In this document: positions 17,968 through 30,707 of the stretch, in pieces
Numbering within the stretch: position 1 is the stretch's first letter
How the letters are laid out: the number at the start of each line of letters is the position of its first letter
Source: Thiobacillus sp.
Lineage (GTDB): Bacteria > Pseudomonadota > Gammaproteobacteria > Burkholderiales > Thiobacillaceae
DNA length: 55,005 bases
Direction of reading: 5' to 3'
Assembly (NCBI GenBank): GCA_018262815.1
Contig: JADFDN010000001.1
Location: 1-55,005 of the forward strand
The notes under the pieces: model-generated
The model's input: only the letters and a program-made list of their open reading frames with translations
Database searches by the model: none
Told to the model about the DNA's origin: nothing
Program-made: the position numbers and the translations under genes

Positions 17968-19005
17968 TTAACGGCGGGCGTTTTCGCGGTAATCCTCGTA
18001 CCGTGCGCGCGGCGTGTCGGCACGCAGGTATTCGGGTGCGATGGCCTCGAGCGCGGCCGGCTGGAAATCGAACACTGGCGGCCAGCCGCCTGCACAGACG
18101 TTGTCCGTGCCCATGGCGAAGTAGTTGTCGCGCGTCATCAGCTTCCTGCCCGGCTTGAATTCCAGCGCCCAGGCCTGAAAATATGACAGCCATTTGCCCA
18201 GCGCCAGAATGCTGCGCTTCCTGCCCGTGACTTCGCCCACATAGTTCACCAGTTCCTGCAGGGTATACACCTTGGGGCCGCACAGATCGTAGGTCTGACC
18301 ATAGGTCGCGGTGTTGTCGAGGCTGTCGGCAAAGGCGCGCGCGACGTCCTCGACATGCACCGGGGCAAAGCGGCTGCCGGCGGCGGCGAGCGGCAGCACG
18401 GGGAACAGCTTGAGCAGGCGTGCGAACATCGACAGGAAGGAATCGCCACGGCCGAAAATCACCGAAGGACGGAAGATCGTGACATTGAGGCCGTAGCCGT
18501 GGATGAATTTGGGCCCGTTGAGGTACCAGTTTTCATGCTCGATATGGTGCCGGCCTGATTCGCGCACCAGCGCTTCGGCAATGCCTTTCGAGCGCTGGTA
18601 AGCCGAACGCGAGTTGGGGTTGGCGCCGAGCGCGCTCATGTGCAGCAGGCGATGCACGCCCGCTTCGCCCATGGCGTGGACGATCTTGCGCGGGAGCTCG
18701 ACATGGACCTTCTGGAAATCGCCGCGACGGGCGCTCGGCAGGTCGACACGGCCGACCGTGCTTTCGTGCAGGATGCCGACCAGGTTGATGACGGCATCCA
18801 TGCCGCGAAAATGGCGGATGAGCTCCTGCTGGTCATGCACGTCGGCCTCGATCACCTCCACCGTCGGCAGCAGAATCAGCTCCTTGGCCATCTCACGGCG
18901 ATGGGAGAGCACGCGCACATTGAGGCCGCGCGCGGCGAGCTGGCTGACGAGATGGGTGCCGACAAAGCCGGACCCGCCGAGGATGCAGATGCGTTCAATC
19001 TTCAT
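17968..19005 (-). CDS. Complex I NDUFA9-like NAD(P)-binding protein (atypical SDR)
   Basis: GGSGFVG, VINLVGIL, HMSALGA, Y.RSK, RPSVIFG. Confidence 0.85.
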   Translation of the reverse strand: MKIERICILGGSGFVGTHLVSQLAARGLNVRVLSHRREMAKELILLPTVEVIEADVHDQQELIRHFRGMDAVINLVGILHESTVGRVDLPSARRGDFQKVHVELPRKIVHAMGEAGVHRLLHMSALGANPNSRSAYQRSKGIAEALVRESGRHHIEHENWYLNGPKFIHGYGLNVTIFRPSVIFGRGDSFLSMFARLLKLFPVLPLAAAGSRFAPVHVEDVARAFADSLDNTATYGQTYDLCGPKVYTLQELVNYVGEVTGRKRSILALGKWLSYFQAWALEFKPGRKLMTRDNYFAMGTDNVCAGGWPPVFDFQPAALEAIAPEYLRADTPRARYEDYRENARR

Positions 19006-19076
19006 GGTTGGGATTCGATTCAGAATATAAGGCGTTGCTGATTTTATCCCGGAAGCGGCAAAAAATCGCGTTCGGG

Positions 19077-21041
19077 CTAGTCTTCCGTCGGTTCGTCCGG
19101 CTGCAGGACATCCGTATCGAGAGCAGACACAACCTGCGCTTTACGCGGCGGCACCGTGCCCAGCCGGTCTTTCAGCAGTACCGAGGGCTGGCCGAAACGC
19201 GCCGCATAGTACATGGCGTTGCTCATCACCTTCTTGACGTAGTCGCGGGTCTCGGCGAAAGGGATCGACTCGATATAGACCGCGGCCTCCATCGGCCGGG
19301 TGTCGCGCCAGCGCTGCGCCCGCCCGGGACCGGCGTTGTAGGCGGCGGTGGCCAGTACCGGCGAGCCATCCAGCGTCGTCTGAACGTGTTTCAGGTAATA
19401 CGCGCCGAACTGGATATTCCTAGCGGGATCCTGCATCTCGCGCGGATGAAATTTCTTGATGCCGAGGCGTTTGGCGATCCAGCGCGCGGTGGCCGGCATG
19501 ATCTGCATCAGGCCCGAGGCGCCCACGCTGGAGCGGGCGACGTTGACGAAGCGGCTTTCCTGCCGCATCAGGCCGAACACCCAGGCTTCGTCGATCGCAT
19601 TTTCGCGCGCGGCCTGCTGCGCCAGTTCCCGGTAAGGCGCGAGAAAGCGCAACTCGAAATCGTGCAGCTCGCGGGTGCGCTCGGCGGTGTTGATGGCGCG
19701 GTCATACCATTCCATGCGCCGGGCGAGTTCGGCCGCCGCCAGCAGCTGCGGGTCGGCAAATGCCTGGATCGCCCAGTTCCACTCCTGGCTGGCTTCACCG
19801 CGCAGGCCGAGTTCGTAAAAGGCCTGCGCGCGCGCGATGCCGGGGTGGCGCGCAACGGCGGCGACGTCATCGCCGCCCACCTTGATGTTGATGGGCGGCG
19901 CCTGCATCACCGGACCCAGTTCTTCCTGCGCCAGCTGGCCGTAATAGTGATGCTCGCGCGACAGCGCCAGAAACAGCGGATTGGCCGCTGCGCGCTGGCC
20001 GGCGGCATGCAGCGCACGCGCGCGCCAGTAGCGCCAGACTGGCTGCGCTCGTGTTATCTCGCTCATGCCCTCGATCGCACGCTGTACGGCAGGCCAGTCG
20101 CCTGCGCGCAATGCCGCGCGCGCCCACCATTCGCGCTGAAAATCGTTGGCCGCCGTCGTCCCTGCCTGCTGGAACCAACCCAATGCCGCAGCCTCATGGC
20201 GGCGTGCCGCCCAGGTGGCAAGGCGCGCCCAGGCCGCACCGGCCTCTTCCGGAGTGAAGCCTCGCACCCGCGGACGCAACGCCCGTTCGGCCTGGTCGGA
20301 ATTGCGTCGGGCCAGCTGGTCGAGCGCATAGAGGGCGATCTCGCGGTCGCCGCGCCGGCTGAAATCCAGCCGGTTGTCGGCATTCAGCAGGCGGGCCGGA
20401 TCGCGAGTGGCCTGATCGAACAGGGCCGCCGTCGGGCGCTGTGATTCAGGCAGCGCGTTGGCCACGACCCTGGCAACGTTGGGGTTGCCTGCCTCCAGCG
20501 CCAGCCTCAGGCGACGCCAGATGTCTTCCTCGCGGATCAGCCCCGCCTCGATCAGCAGGGTGAACAGGGGCGTGCAGTTCGAGGGCATGTCGCGACCGGT
20601 GAACCACAGGGCCACCGCCTCGCGCTGATGGCTGCGGTTTCCCTGGGCCCATTCGGCACGATAGGCGTAGCACTGATGAGCAGTATCGGGCCTGACGAGA
20701 CGCGGGTACTCGGCCAGATAGAGCGGCCAGGCTTCGCGCACGCCAAGCGATTTCAGCCAGTCGGCACGCAGCGCCTCGGCCATGCGGCTGCCGGGGTAAC
20801 GCGCGAGAAAGTCGGCGATGCGACCATCTTCGGTGCGGCTCGTCAGCATCAATCGCCAGTACTCGACAGCCGGCGCCAGCACATGATCGGTCGGCACGTC
20901 GCCTACGGCACGCTCCAGGTTGGCCGGCTTGCGCGCAGCAAATGCCTGGTGCGCCTTCAACACGGCGGCATCACCCGACGCCCCCCACACGGGCGCACCT
21001 GACAGCGCCCCCAACAGAAAAAACGCGAGTATTCGAAGCAT
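19077..21041 (-). CDS. slt: Soluble lytic murein transglycosylase
   Basis: Signal peptide; RQESRF, GLMQIMP, AYNAG, IPF.ETR.YV. Confidence 0.9.
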   Translation of the reverse strand: MLRILAFFLLGALSGAPVWGASGDAAVLKAHQAFAARKPANLERAVGDVPTDHVLAPAVEYWRLMLTSRTEDGRIADFLARYPGSRMAEALRADWLKSLGVREAWPLYLAEYPRLVRPDTAHQCYAYRAEWAQGNRSHQREAVALWFTGRDMPSNCTPLFTLLIEAGLIREEDIWRRLRLALEAGNPNVARVVANALPESQRPTAALFDQATRDPARLLNADNRLDFSRRGDREIALYALDQLARRNSDQAERALRPRVRGFTPEEAGAAWARLATWAARRHEAAALGWFQQAGTTAANDFQREWWARAALRAGDWPAVQRAIEGMSEITRAQPVWRYWRARALHAAGQRAAANPLFLALSREHHYYGQLAQEELGPVMQAPPINIKVGGDDVAAVARHPGIARAQAFYELGLRGEASQEWNWAIQAFADPQLLAAAELARRMEWYDRAINTAERTRELHDFELRFLAPYRELAQQAARENAIDEAWVFGLMRQESRFVNVARSSVGASGLMQIMPATARWIAKRLGIKKFHPREMQDPARNIQFGAYYLKHVQTTLDGSPVLATAAYNAGPGRAQRWRDTRPMEAAVYIESIPFAETRDYVKKVMSNAMYYAARFGQPSVLLKDRLGTVPPRKAQVVSALDTDVLQPDEPTED

Positions 21042-21168
21042 GGTGCGAGGGTAACATGCAGCCCCCGCTGCCTGAGCGGGAGCCGTGCGGATGCAGGCGC
21101 CTGTGGCATCGCCTGCGATGGCGGGCGCACTATAGTGGAAGTCCTGTCACCCGATTGAAGGAGCCCCC

Positions 21169-21351
21169 ATGACAGCCAACGTCGGCATGATCGACCGCAT
21201 CATCGCAGGCCTCGGCCTCCTTGTCTGGGCGGCTTTTCTGAATGGCCCGCCGTGGGCCTGGGTTGGCGTGCTGCCGCTCGCCACCGGTCTGCTGCGGGTC
21301 TGCCCCGCCTACAGCGTGCTCGGCATCAACACCTGCGGCCGAAAAAAATGA
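21169..21351 (+). CDS. DUF2892 (YgaP-like) small membrane protein
   Basis: RBS AAGGAG; NVG.IDR, G..PL.TG...CP.Y..LGINTC. Confidence 0.85.
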   Translation: MTANVGMIDRIIAGLGLLVWAAFLNGPPWAWVGVLPLATGLLRVCPAYSVLGINTCGRKK

Positions 21352-21352
21352 G

Positions 21353-22870
21353 TCAGGCGAGAAACAGCTTGTAGGCCGGATTGCGGGATTCGTCCCAGTA
21401 GCGGTAGCCGAGGCCGTCGAGGAATTTCTGGAAGGCGGGCTTTTCCTTTTCCGGAACCTGGATGCCGACCAGCACGCGGCCGTAATCCGCGCCATGGTTT
21501 CGGTAGTGGAACAGGCTGATGTTCCAGCCGCGGCTCATGCTCTGCAGAAACTGCATCAAAGCACCCGGACGTTCTGGAAACTCGAATCGGTACAGCACTT
21601 CGTTGACCGCATCGGGCGCGCGACCGCCGACCAGATGGCGAACGTGCAGCTTGGCCATTTCGTTGTCGGTAAGGTCGATCGCCTCGAGTCCATGGCGCTG
21701 CAGCAGTTCAACCACGCGCGCGCTCTCGCCCGCGCCCGGCACCGACAATCCGACGAACACGCGCGCCACCCGGGGGTCTGAGTAGCGATAATTGAATTCG
21801 GTGATGTTGCGTGCACCCAGCAGGCCGCAAAAAGTCTTGAAGCTGCCGGGTGTCTCGGGAATGGTCACGGCCAGCACGGCTTCACGCTTCTCGCCCAGTT
21901 CGGCGCGCTCGGCGATGTAGCGCAGGCGATCGAAGTTCATGTTGGCCCCGGAGGCCACCGCCACCAGCGTCTTGCCTTTGAGCCTGTCGCCGGCAATGGC
22001 GGCCTTCAACCCGGCAATCGACAATGCGCCGGCCGGCTCCAGGATCGAGCGGGTGTCCTCGAACACGTCCTTGATCGCCGCACAGATGGCATCATTGTTG
22101 ACGCGGATGATTTCATCGACATAGAGCTGCGACAGCCGGAAGGTTTCCTTGCCGACCGTTTTCACCGCCACGCCGTCGGCGAAAATCCCCACGCGCGGCA
22201 GCGTGATGCGCTTGCCCTTGCACAGCGAGCGCGCCATCGCATCGGCGTCCTCCGGCTCGACACCGACGATGCGGATGTCCGGGCGCAGCCGCTTGATGTA
22301 GGCAGCCATGCCGGCGATCAGGCCGCCGCCGCCGACCGGGACGTAGACCGAGTGGATCGGGCCGGGATGCTGCCGCAGCAGTTCCATCGCCACCGTGCCC
22401 TGCCCGGCGATGACGTCGGGGTCGTCGTAGGGATGAACGAAGGTCGCTTTCCCTTCTCTCGCGAGCGTGGTGGCATAGGCACAGGCCTCGTCGTAATTGT
22501 CGCCGTGCAGGATCACCTGCGCGCCACGGGCCGCCACCGCGTCGACCTTGATTTTGGGCGTGGTCGCCGGCATGACGATGATGGCCGTCACCCCGAGTTT
22601 CTGCGCCGCCAGCGCCACCCCCTGTGCATGATTGCCCGCCGATGCCGCCACCACGCCACGCGCCAGTTGGGCTGCCGTCAGCCTGGCCATCTTGTTGTAG
22701 GCGCCGCGGCACTTGAAGGAAAACACCGGCTGCAGGTCTTCGCGCTTGAGCAGAATCCGGTTGTTGAGGCGGCGCGACAGATTGTGTGCGACGTCGAGCG
22801 GCGACTCCACCGCCACGTCGTAAACGCGCGAGGTGAGGATGCGTTCGAGATAATCGTCAGATGTGCTCAT
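21353..22870 (-). CDS. ilvA: Biosynthetic threonine ammonia-lyase
   Basis: KREDLQPVFSFK.RGA, SAGNHAQG, two regulatory repeats; start set at ATG 22870. Confidence 0.95.
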   Translation of the reverse strand: MSTSDDYLERILTSRVYDVAVESPLDVAHNLSRRLNNRILLKREDLQPVFSFKCRGAYNKMARLTAAQLARGVVAASAGNHAQGVALAAQKLGVTAIIVMPATTPKIKVDAVAARGAQVILHGDNYDEACAYATTLAREGKATFVHPYDDPDVIAGQGTVAMELLRQHPGPIHSVYVPVGGGGLIAGMAAYIKRLRPDIRIVGVEPEDADAMARSLCKGKRITLPRVGIFADGVAVKTVGKETFRLSQLYVDEIIRVNNDAICAAIKDVFEDTRSILEPAGALSIAGLKAAIAGDRLKGKTLVAVASGANMNFDRLRYIAERAELGEKREAVLAVTIPETPGSFKTFCGLLGARNITEFNYRYSDPRVARVFVGLSVPGAGESARVVELLQRHGLEAIDLTDNEMAKLHVRHLVGGRAPDAVNEVLYRFEFPERPGALMQFLQSMSRGWNISLFHYRNHGADYGRVLVGIQVPEKEKPAFQKFLDGLGYRYWDESRNPAYKLFLA

Positions 22871-22947
22871 GGCGGCAGGGCGAGGTTTGTAAAAAGGGGG
22901 CGATCCCGCTATCTTAGCGGGCTGCATCCAAATCGACGAAAAACATC

Positions 22948-23604
22948 ATGACTCAGGACGAAATGAAGCAAGCCGTGGCGCGTGCTGCGGTGGATTATGC
23001 CAAGGGCGGCATCATCGGGGTAGGCACCGGTTCGACCGCCAACTATTTCATCGACGCGCTGGCCGAGGTGAAGGGCCGCATCGACGGCGCCGTCGCCAGT
23101 TCGGAGGCGACCGCAAACCGCCTGAAAAGTCACGGCATCCAGGTATTGGACCTCAACAGCGTGGGCGAGCTCGAAATCTACGTCGACGGGGCCGACGAAA
23201 TTACCGAGCACTTCGCCATGGTCAAGGGTGGCGGCGGCGCACTGACGCGCGAGAAGATCGTGGCGGCATGCAGCAAGCAGTTCATCTGCATCGCCGACGA
23301 GAGCAAGCTGGTCGGCGTGCTCGGCACGTTCCCGCTGCCAGTGGAAGTGATTCCGATGGCGCGCTCCTATGTCGCGCGCGAGCTGGTGAAACTCGGCGGA
23401 CAACCCCGCTTGAGGGAGGGATTCACCACCGACAACGGCAACATCATTCTCGACGTGCACGGGATGTCGATCGTCGACCCGGTGTCGCTGGAGACAGCGA
23501 TCAACCATATCGTCGGCGTTGTCACGAATGGATTGTTCGCGCGGCGAAGCGCGGATGTCCTGCTGCTCGGCACCGAATCCGGCGTCAAGACCTACAAGAA
23601 GTAA
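22948..23604 (+). CDS. rpiA: Ribose-5-phosphate isomerase A
   Basis: [28 protein letters not shown]. Confidence 0.96.
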   Translation: MTQDEMKQAVARAAVDYAKGGIIGVGTGSTANYFIDALAEVKGRIDGAVASSEATANRLKSHGIQVLDLNSVGELEIYVDGADEITEHFAMVKGGGGALTREKIVAACSKQFICIADESKLVGVLGTFPLPVEVIPMARSYVARELVKLGGQPRLREGFTTDNGNIILDVHGMSIVDPVSLETAINHIVGVVTNGLFARRSADVLLLGTESGVKTYKK

Positions 23605-23834
23605 TCCTGGAAACCGTAGTTGGACGCACCCCATGGTGCGTCTGGTCGGGTGTCTGTCGCGAAGCGAGGGGGCGGCAGGCCGCGGCCTGCAACGACGGGC
23701 GACAAGAGCAGGCGCGCGAACAGGCGTGCCAGCGGGTGCGTAGCGATCTCTGCCGAACAATGATTTTGCTCAAAGGCAAGAGACACCGCCCCCTGCAAAA
23801 ACGTCGAAAGATGGCAAGCGGTCAACTGCGGTTT

Positions 23835-24050
23835 TCAGGATAACGACTGCGGATGCCCGTCTTCATCGGGCGCCTCGCTTTCCTCCGGCCCGGGTGTCGC
23901 GGGCACGCGGTATTTTTCGGTCGCCCACTGCCCCAGGTCGATCAGCTTGCAGCGTTCGCTGCAGAACGGTTTCCAGCGATTCTCGGCTGTCCAGGCCACC
24001 GCGGCGGCGCAGATCGGACAACTCACGACAGGGGGTCTGGCTGCGGACAT
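23835..24050 (-). CDS. yacG: DNA gyrase inhibitor YacG
   Basis: CPIC...[14 protein letters not shown]; TGATG overlap with zapD. Confidence 0.92.
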   Translation of the reverse strand: MSAARPPVVSCPICAAAVAWTAENRWKPFCSERCKLIDLGQWATEKYRVPATPGPEESEAPDEDGHPQSLS

Positions 24051-24805
24051 CACAGGGTGCAGAAAGTCAGGTCGAAATCGATCGGCTGGTCGGTACAGGT
24101 GCGCGCCGATCCCGCGCCCGCGTGCACAAAGCGTATGTTGAGCATGTATTTATTGGCTGAAATCTCAGGCACGCACGGCAGATCGTCAGCCAGCGTGACC
24201 CGGATCAGTTGGGGATTGCGCGATTCGAGCATGCGCTGGTAGCTGCCATTCTTGGCGTGCTGCAGTTCCGGCTGCCCGCTGTCGCGCAGCAGGCCAAGCA
24301 CGATGCCGACCGCGGAACGGATGGAAGAGAATGGGGCAAGCCAGTTCTGCAACTGGCGAGCCCGCACGTCCACCGACTGGTGCAACCAGTAATGATAGGA
24401 CGGCAGGTCGAATTCGCACATGCCGCCCGGAATGGCCGCGCGCTGCTTGATCGTCATCAGCCAGTCGTCCTCGCGCAGGTGCTGTCCCACTTTGCCTGGC
24501 AGCTGGTACATGCCATGGTGGGCCGACTCGATCGCCGCCAGCACCTGCTCCAGCGTCTCGCCCTCTACATGGGGATTGCCGCGCAACGCCGTCAATACGG
24601 TTTTCTGCCGGTCCAGTTCCTGCAACAGATCGGACTTGAGGTCGGCGCGCGCGGCCACTTCCGCCATTTCGAACAAGGCCAGCAGGGCTGCATGATGCGC
24701 ATGCGGATCCGACAATGCGGCATAGGCATCGAAGCGATCGAACATGTCTTCCAGCCGCAGCAGGGTGCGGATGCGTTCGCTCAAGGGGTATTCGTAGTGG
24801 ATCAC
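24050..24805 (-). CDS. zapD: Cell division protein ZapD
   Basis: YEYPL.ERIR.LLRLE, IPGG.C.FDLP, PEISANK; coaE-zapD-yacG order. Confidence 0.94.
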   Translation of the reverse strand: MIHYEYPLSERIRTLLRLEDMFDRFDAYAALSDPHAHHAALLALFEMAEVAARADLKSDLLQELDRQKTVLTALRGNPHVEGETLEQVLAAIESAHHGMYQLPGKVGQHLREDDWLMTIKQRAAIPGGMCEFDLPSYHYWLHQSVDVRARQLQNWLAPFSSIRSAVGIVLGLLRDSGQPELQHAKNGSYQRMLESRNPQLIRVTLADDLPCVPEISANKYMLNIRFVHAGAGSARTCTDQPIDFDLTFCTL

Positions 24806-24857
24806 GCCGCGACGCGTAGGATTGAATGGGGCGATTGTCCCCGATTCATGCGGAAAA

Positions 24858-25466
24858 TCAAGGCGAAGGCATAGTAGAAAACGCCAGGTATCGCCGGTGA
24901 AGCGTGGCCACCTGGTTACGCAACGTCTCGGGGGCGGCTGTATTGACGATCACATCGTCCGCGGCCGCCAGCCGCTCGGCACGACCGGCCTGCGCCGCGA
25001 TAATGGCTTTCACCTCGTCCCGCGTAAGCCCGTTGCGCGCCATCACGCGGGCAATCTGGACCTCCTCGGGGCAATCGACCACCAGAACCCGGTTCAGTCT
25101 GTCCGCGTAGCCGCCGGTTTCCACCAGCAGCGGAATCACGATGAGCGCATAGGGCGCTGCCAGCGTGGCCAGCATCTGTTCCACCTGCTGCCGGATGCGC
25201 GGGTGCAGGATGGCCTCAAGTTGCCTGCGTGCTGTGGCATCAGAAAATATGCGGCGCCGCAGGGCGGCCCGGTCCAGCGTGCCATCCACCTGCATCACCG
25301 CATCGCCAAACACCGCATGGATCGACTCCAGCGCCGCGCCGCCAGGCGCAGTCAACTGGCGGGAAATGGCGTCGGTATCGATCACTGGGATATCCAGGTC
25401 GGCGAACAGGTCGGCAACCGTCGACTTCCCCGACCCGATGCCGCCGGTGAGGCCGACTGCGAACAT
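24858..25466 (-). CDS. coaE: Dephospho-CoA kinase
   Basis: [26 protein letters not shown]. Confidence 0.95.
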   Translation of the reverse strand: MFAVGLTGGIGSGKSTVADLFADLDIPVIDTDAISRQLTAPGGAALESIHAVFGDAVMQVDGTLDRAALRRRIFSDATARRQLEAILHPRIRQQVEQMLATLAAPYALIVIPLLVETGGYADRLNRVLVVDCPEEVQIARVMARNGLTRDEVKAIIAAQAGRAERLAAADDVIVNTAAPETLRNQVATLHRRYLAFSTMPSP

Positions 25467-26320
25467 CAGAATTGCGCGAGATAGGTCTGCGTCAGGTCGG
25501 CGCCGAAAAACAGCGCCACCAATCCGCCGCCCGCCAGATAGGGGCCGAACGGAATCGGCACGCGGCGGTCATGCTTGACCAGCACGATCATCGCGACGCC
25601 GATGGCCGCGCCGACCACCGACGACAGCAGCAGGGTGACGGGGAGCGTCTGCCACCCAAGCCAGGCTCCGATGGCCGCCAGCAGCTTGAAGTCGCCGTAG
25701 CCCATGCCCTCCTTGCCGGTGGCGAGCTTGAACAGCCAGTACACCGCCCACAGCACGCCATAGCCGGCGATGGCACCGATGACGGCATCCGGCAGGCTGG
25801 CGAAATACCCATTGAGGTTGAACAGCAAGCCCAGCCACAAGAGCGGCAGAGTGAGGCTGTCAGGCAGCAGGGTGGTATCGAGATCGATGAAAGCCAGCGC
25901 AACCAGCGTCCACACCAGGAACAGCGCACCCAGAGTCTGCATGCTCACCCCCCACTTCCAGGCAGCGGCAGCCGACAGCAGTGCGGTGAACAATTCCACC
26001 AGCGGATAGCGGGCGCTGATCGGCGTGCCACATGCCGAACAGCGCCCACGCAGCCATAGCCACGACAATATCGGCATGTTTTCCAGCGCGGCGATCTGAT
26101 GCCCGCATTTGATACAGGCCGAGCGCGGCAACCACAGGTTATAGCACGGCAGGTCCGACATCGCTTCGCCGCGTAGCTCGGCACACTGCACGTTCCACTC
26201 GGCTTCCATCATTTTGGGGAGCCGATGGATGACGACATTGAGGAAACTGCCGATCAGCAGGCTGAATAAAAAAACCAGCCCGGTGAAGAGGGCTGGTTCG
26301 GCATACAGGATATCCATCAT
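25466..26320 (-). CDS. pilD: Prepilin peptidase/N-methyltransferase
   Basis: GSFLNVVI.RLP, two CxxC, GMGYGDFKL, PFGPYL. Confidence 0.95.
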   Translation of the reverse strand: MMDILYAEPALFTGLVFLFSLLIGSFLNVVIHRLPKMMEAEWNVQCAELRGEAMSDLPCYNLWLPRSACIKCGHQIAALENMPILSWLWLRGRCSACGTPISARYPLVELFTALLSAAAAWKWGVSMQTLGALFLVWTLVALAFIDLDTTLLPDSLTLPLLWLGLLFNLNGYFASLPDAVIGAIAGYGVLWAVYWLFKLATGKEGMGYGDFKLLAAIGAWLGWQTLPVTLLLSSVVGAAIGVAMIVLVKHDRRVPIPFGPYLAGGGLVALFFGADLTQTYLAQF

Positions 26321-27540
26321 CCGACGATCTGACCCATCTTGAAAATAGGCAGGTACATGGCGACAACCATGCCGCCGATGAGGGTACCCAGCACCACCAT
26401 GATGATCGGTTCCATCAGGCTGGACAGGGCTTCGACGGCATCATCCACCTCGGCCTCATAGAAATCCGCAACCTTGCCCAGCATGGAATCGAGGGCGCCG
26501 GACTCTTCGCCGATGGCGGCCATCTGCAGCACCATATTGGGGAAGCGCTCGGAATTCTGCATCGCCTGCGTGAGCGCCGTACCCGTCGCGACCTCGCCGC
26601 GAATCTTGTTAGTGGCTTCGACGAATACCTGGTTGCCCGATGCCCCCCCCACCGATTCCAGCGCCTCGACCAGCGGGACGCCGGCGGAGAACATGGTGGC
26701 CAGGGTCCGGGTCCATCGGGCGATGGTGGCTTTTTCGATCACCGCACCAAAAATCGGCAGTTTGAGCATGACGCGGTCCATGAACATCTGCACCTTGCGT
26801 GAGCGCTTCCAGGCCTGCAGGAAGGCGTAAATACCGCCCCCGACGGCACCGAAAATGGCCCACCACCACTGGACGAAGAAATCCGAGATCGCCATCACCA
26901 CCAGGGTGGGGGCCGGCAGATCCGTACCGAAGCCGCTGAACAGATCCTTGAACGCCGGGATCACGAAAATCATGATGACCGCGGTGATGATGAACGCCAC
27001 CACGATGATGGAAACAGGGTAGAACAGCGCCGACTTGATCTTGCCCTTGATGGCGAGAATTTTTTCCTTGTATATCGCCAGACGTTCGAGCACGCCCTCC
27101 AGAATACCGGCCGCCTCGCCCGCCCCAACTAGGTTGCAGAACAAGGCATCGAAATACAAGGGATGACGACCGAAGGCCTGGGTCAGACTGCTGCCCTTCT
27201 CGATATCCGCCTTGATCTCCAGCAGCAGACGCTGCATCGACGGGTTGGAATGCCCGCGCGCCACGATCTCGAATGCTTGCAGCAAGGGCACCCCGGCCTT
27301 CATCATCGTCGCCAGCTGACGGGTGAACAGGGTCACATCCTTGTCGGTGATGCGCTTGGCGCTGCCAAACATCGTGCTCTGTTTCTTGACCTTGGTGACG
27401 GTGATGCCCTGCTTGCGCAACAGGGAGTTGACCACCGCCTCGCCGCCGGCCTGCATCTGGCCTTTGATCTTCTTGCCGCGCCTGTCCATGCCCTCCCACA
27501 GGAAGGTGGCATCCTTGACTGCTTTTGCCGCTGTAGCCAT
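26317..27540 (-). CDS. pilC: Type IV pilus platform protein PilC
   Basis: FTRQLATM..AGVPL, GEESG.LD.ML, MYLPIF. Confidence 0.93.
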   Translation of the reverse strand: MATAAKAVKDATFLWEGMDRRGKKIKGQMQAGGEAVVNSLLRKQGITVTKVKKQSTMFGSAKRITDKDVTLFTRQLATMMKAGVPLLQAFEIVARGHSNPSMQRLLLEIKADIEKGSSLTQAFGRHPLYFDALFCNLVGAGEAAGILEGVLERLAIYKEKILAIKGKIKSALFYPVSIIVVAFIITAVIMIFVIPAFKDLFSGFGTDLPAPTLVVMAISDFFVQWWWAIFGAVGGGIYAFLQAWKRSRKVQMFMDRVMLKLPIFGAVIEKATIARWTRTLATMFSAGVPLVEALESVGGASGNQVFVEATNKIRGEVATGTALTQAMQNSERFPNMVLQMAAIGEESGALDSMLGKVADFYEAEVDDAVEALSSLMEPIIMVVLGTLIGGMVVAMYLPIFKMGQIVG

Positions 27541-27551
27541 CTAAACGATCC

Positions 27552-29270
<1,719 letters not shown>

Positions 29271-29360
29271 AGCTCGGTTCCAGACAAGTCCAGCATCAAA
29301 TTATCGTCCGCTCGGCACGCAGCAGATTGGCGATCAAAGGCCTTAACGGCGATTTTTCGT

Positions 29361-30659
29361 CTAAATTGAGGCGTCCCCGGACGACACGTCACCCGATTCC
29401 GGCAAATAAATGCGCGCCATCTTCACGGCGCGATCCTGTGTCTGCACGATTTCCACCGGCACGTCACCCAGTTTGAGGCTCACGCCCGCCTCCGGAATAT
29501 CCTCGAACTGCTCCAGCAACAGGCCATTCAGGGTCTTCGGACCATCCAGCGGCAACGCCAGGCCCAGCTTGCGATTCAGATGGCGCAACAACACCGTGCC
29601 CTCCGCCAGCCAGCTGCCGTCCTCCTCGCGTCGCAGGTAACCTGTGTCCGACGGTGCCTGGGTGGTGAATTCGCCGACCATCTCCTCCAGCAGGTCTTCC
29701 AGCGTCACCAGGCCCTGCAGCTCGCCGTATTCGTCGACGACCAGCGCCAGCCGCCGCCGGCTGCTCTGGAAATTCCTCAACTGGGTAAACAGCGGCGTCC
29801 CCGCCGGAACGAAATACGGGGCCTCGAGGTTTTCCTTCAATGTTTCAGGATCGAGTTCCTCGCCGGTCAGCGCATGCAGCACCCGGCGCACATGCAGCAC
29901 GCCGAGCAGATTGTCTGACGACCCCGCATGCACCACCAGCCGGGTATGGTGGCTGGTAGAGATCTGCTGGCGCAGACGTTCCGGGTCGTCTTCGATGTCG
30001 ATCGCTTCGATCTGGTGGCGTGGCGTCATCACGTCGTCCACGCTGATGTCTTCGAGTTCCAGAAGATTCACCAGAATCCGGTGGTGTTCGCGAGGAAACA
30101 CGCCGGACGATTCCAGCACGATGGTCCGCAACTCCTCCAGTCCCAGACGACTGCCATGCCCCGGCTCGGGCGGCTTGATCCGCAACACTCGCAGGATGCC
30201 CTGCACAAACAGGTTGACGAACCAGACCACCGGATACGCCAGCTTGAGCATCGGCATCAGCACATACGCGGCCGGATAGGCGACCCGCTCGGGGTAGGAC
30301 GCACCGAGCACCTTGGGGGTGACTTCGCTGAACACCAGGATCAAAAAGGTCAGCAGCAGGGTCGCCAGGGACAGCGCGACATCCGAATCCCCAAACAGGC
30401 GGATGGAAATAATCGTCGCCAGCGTCGCCGCCGCGATATTGACCAGATTGTTGCCAAGCAGAATCACGCCCAGCAGCTTGTCGGTCTGGTTCAGCAACGA
30501 CAGGGTCAGCGTCGCACCGCGATGACCGCTATCGGCAGCATGGCGCAGCCGATAGCGGTTGATCGCCATCATGGCGGTTTCGGACGCCGAGAAACAGGCC
30601 GACAGAAACAGCAGGCCCGCCAGCAGGCCGAACAAAGTACTGATAGACAGGGTTTCCAA
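29361..30659 (-). CDS. HlyC/CorC (CNNM) family transporter with CBS pair
   Basis: FSASETA, ILLGNN.VN, EVTPK, VVDEYG...G.VTLED.LEE.VGE; TTG start. Confidence 0.9.
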   Translation of the reverse strand: METLSISTLFGLLAGLLFLSACFSASETAMMAINRYRLRHAADSGHRGATLTLSLLNQTDKLLGVILLGNNLVNIAAATLATIISIRLFGDSDVALSLATLLLTFLILVFSEVTPKVLGASYPERVAYPAAYVLMPMLKLAYPVVWFVNLFVQGILRVLRIKPPEPGHGSRLGLEELRTIVLESSGVFPREHHRILVNLLELEDISVDDVMTPRHQIEAIDIEDDPERLRQQISTSHHTRLVVHAGSSDNLLGVLHVRRVLHALTGEELDPETLKENLEAPYFVPAGTPLFTQLRNFQSSRRRLALVVDEYGELQGLVTLEDLLEEMVGEFTTQAPSDTGYLRREEDGSWLAEGTVLLRHLNRKLGLALPLDGPKTLNGLLLEQFEDIPEAGVSLKLGDVPVEIVQTQDRAVKMARIYLPESGDVSSGDASI

Positions 30660-30707
30660 GGCTATTCCTGAAAAGGCCGGCTCAAGCGTAGCGCGCAGGT
30701 TGCCAAC

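Noticed and set aside
21169-21351. DUF2892 gene as a pseudogene because it looks about 3 residues short after IDR
   Set aside because: Frame, RBS and both conserved Cys are intact
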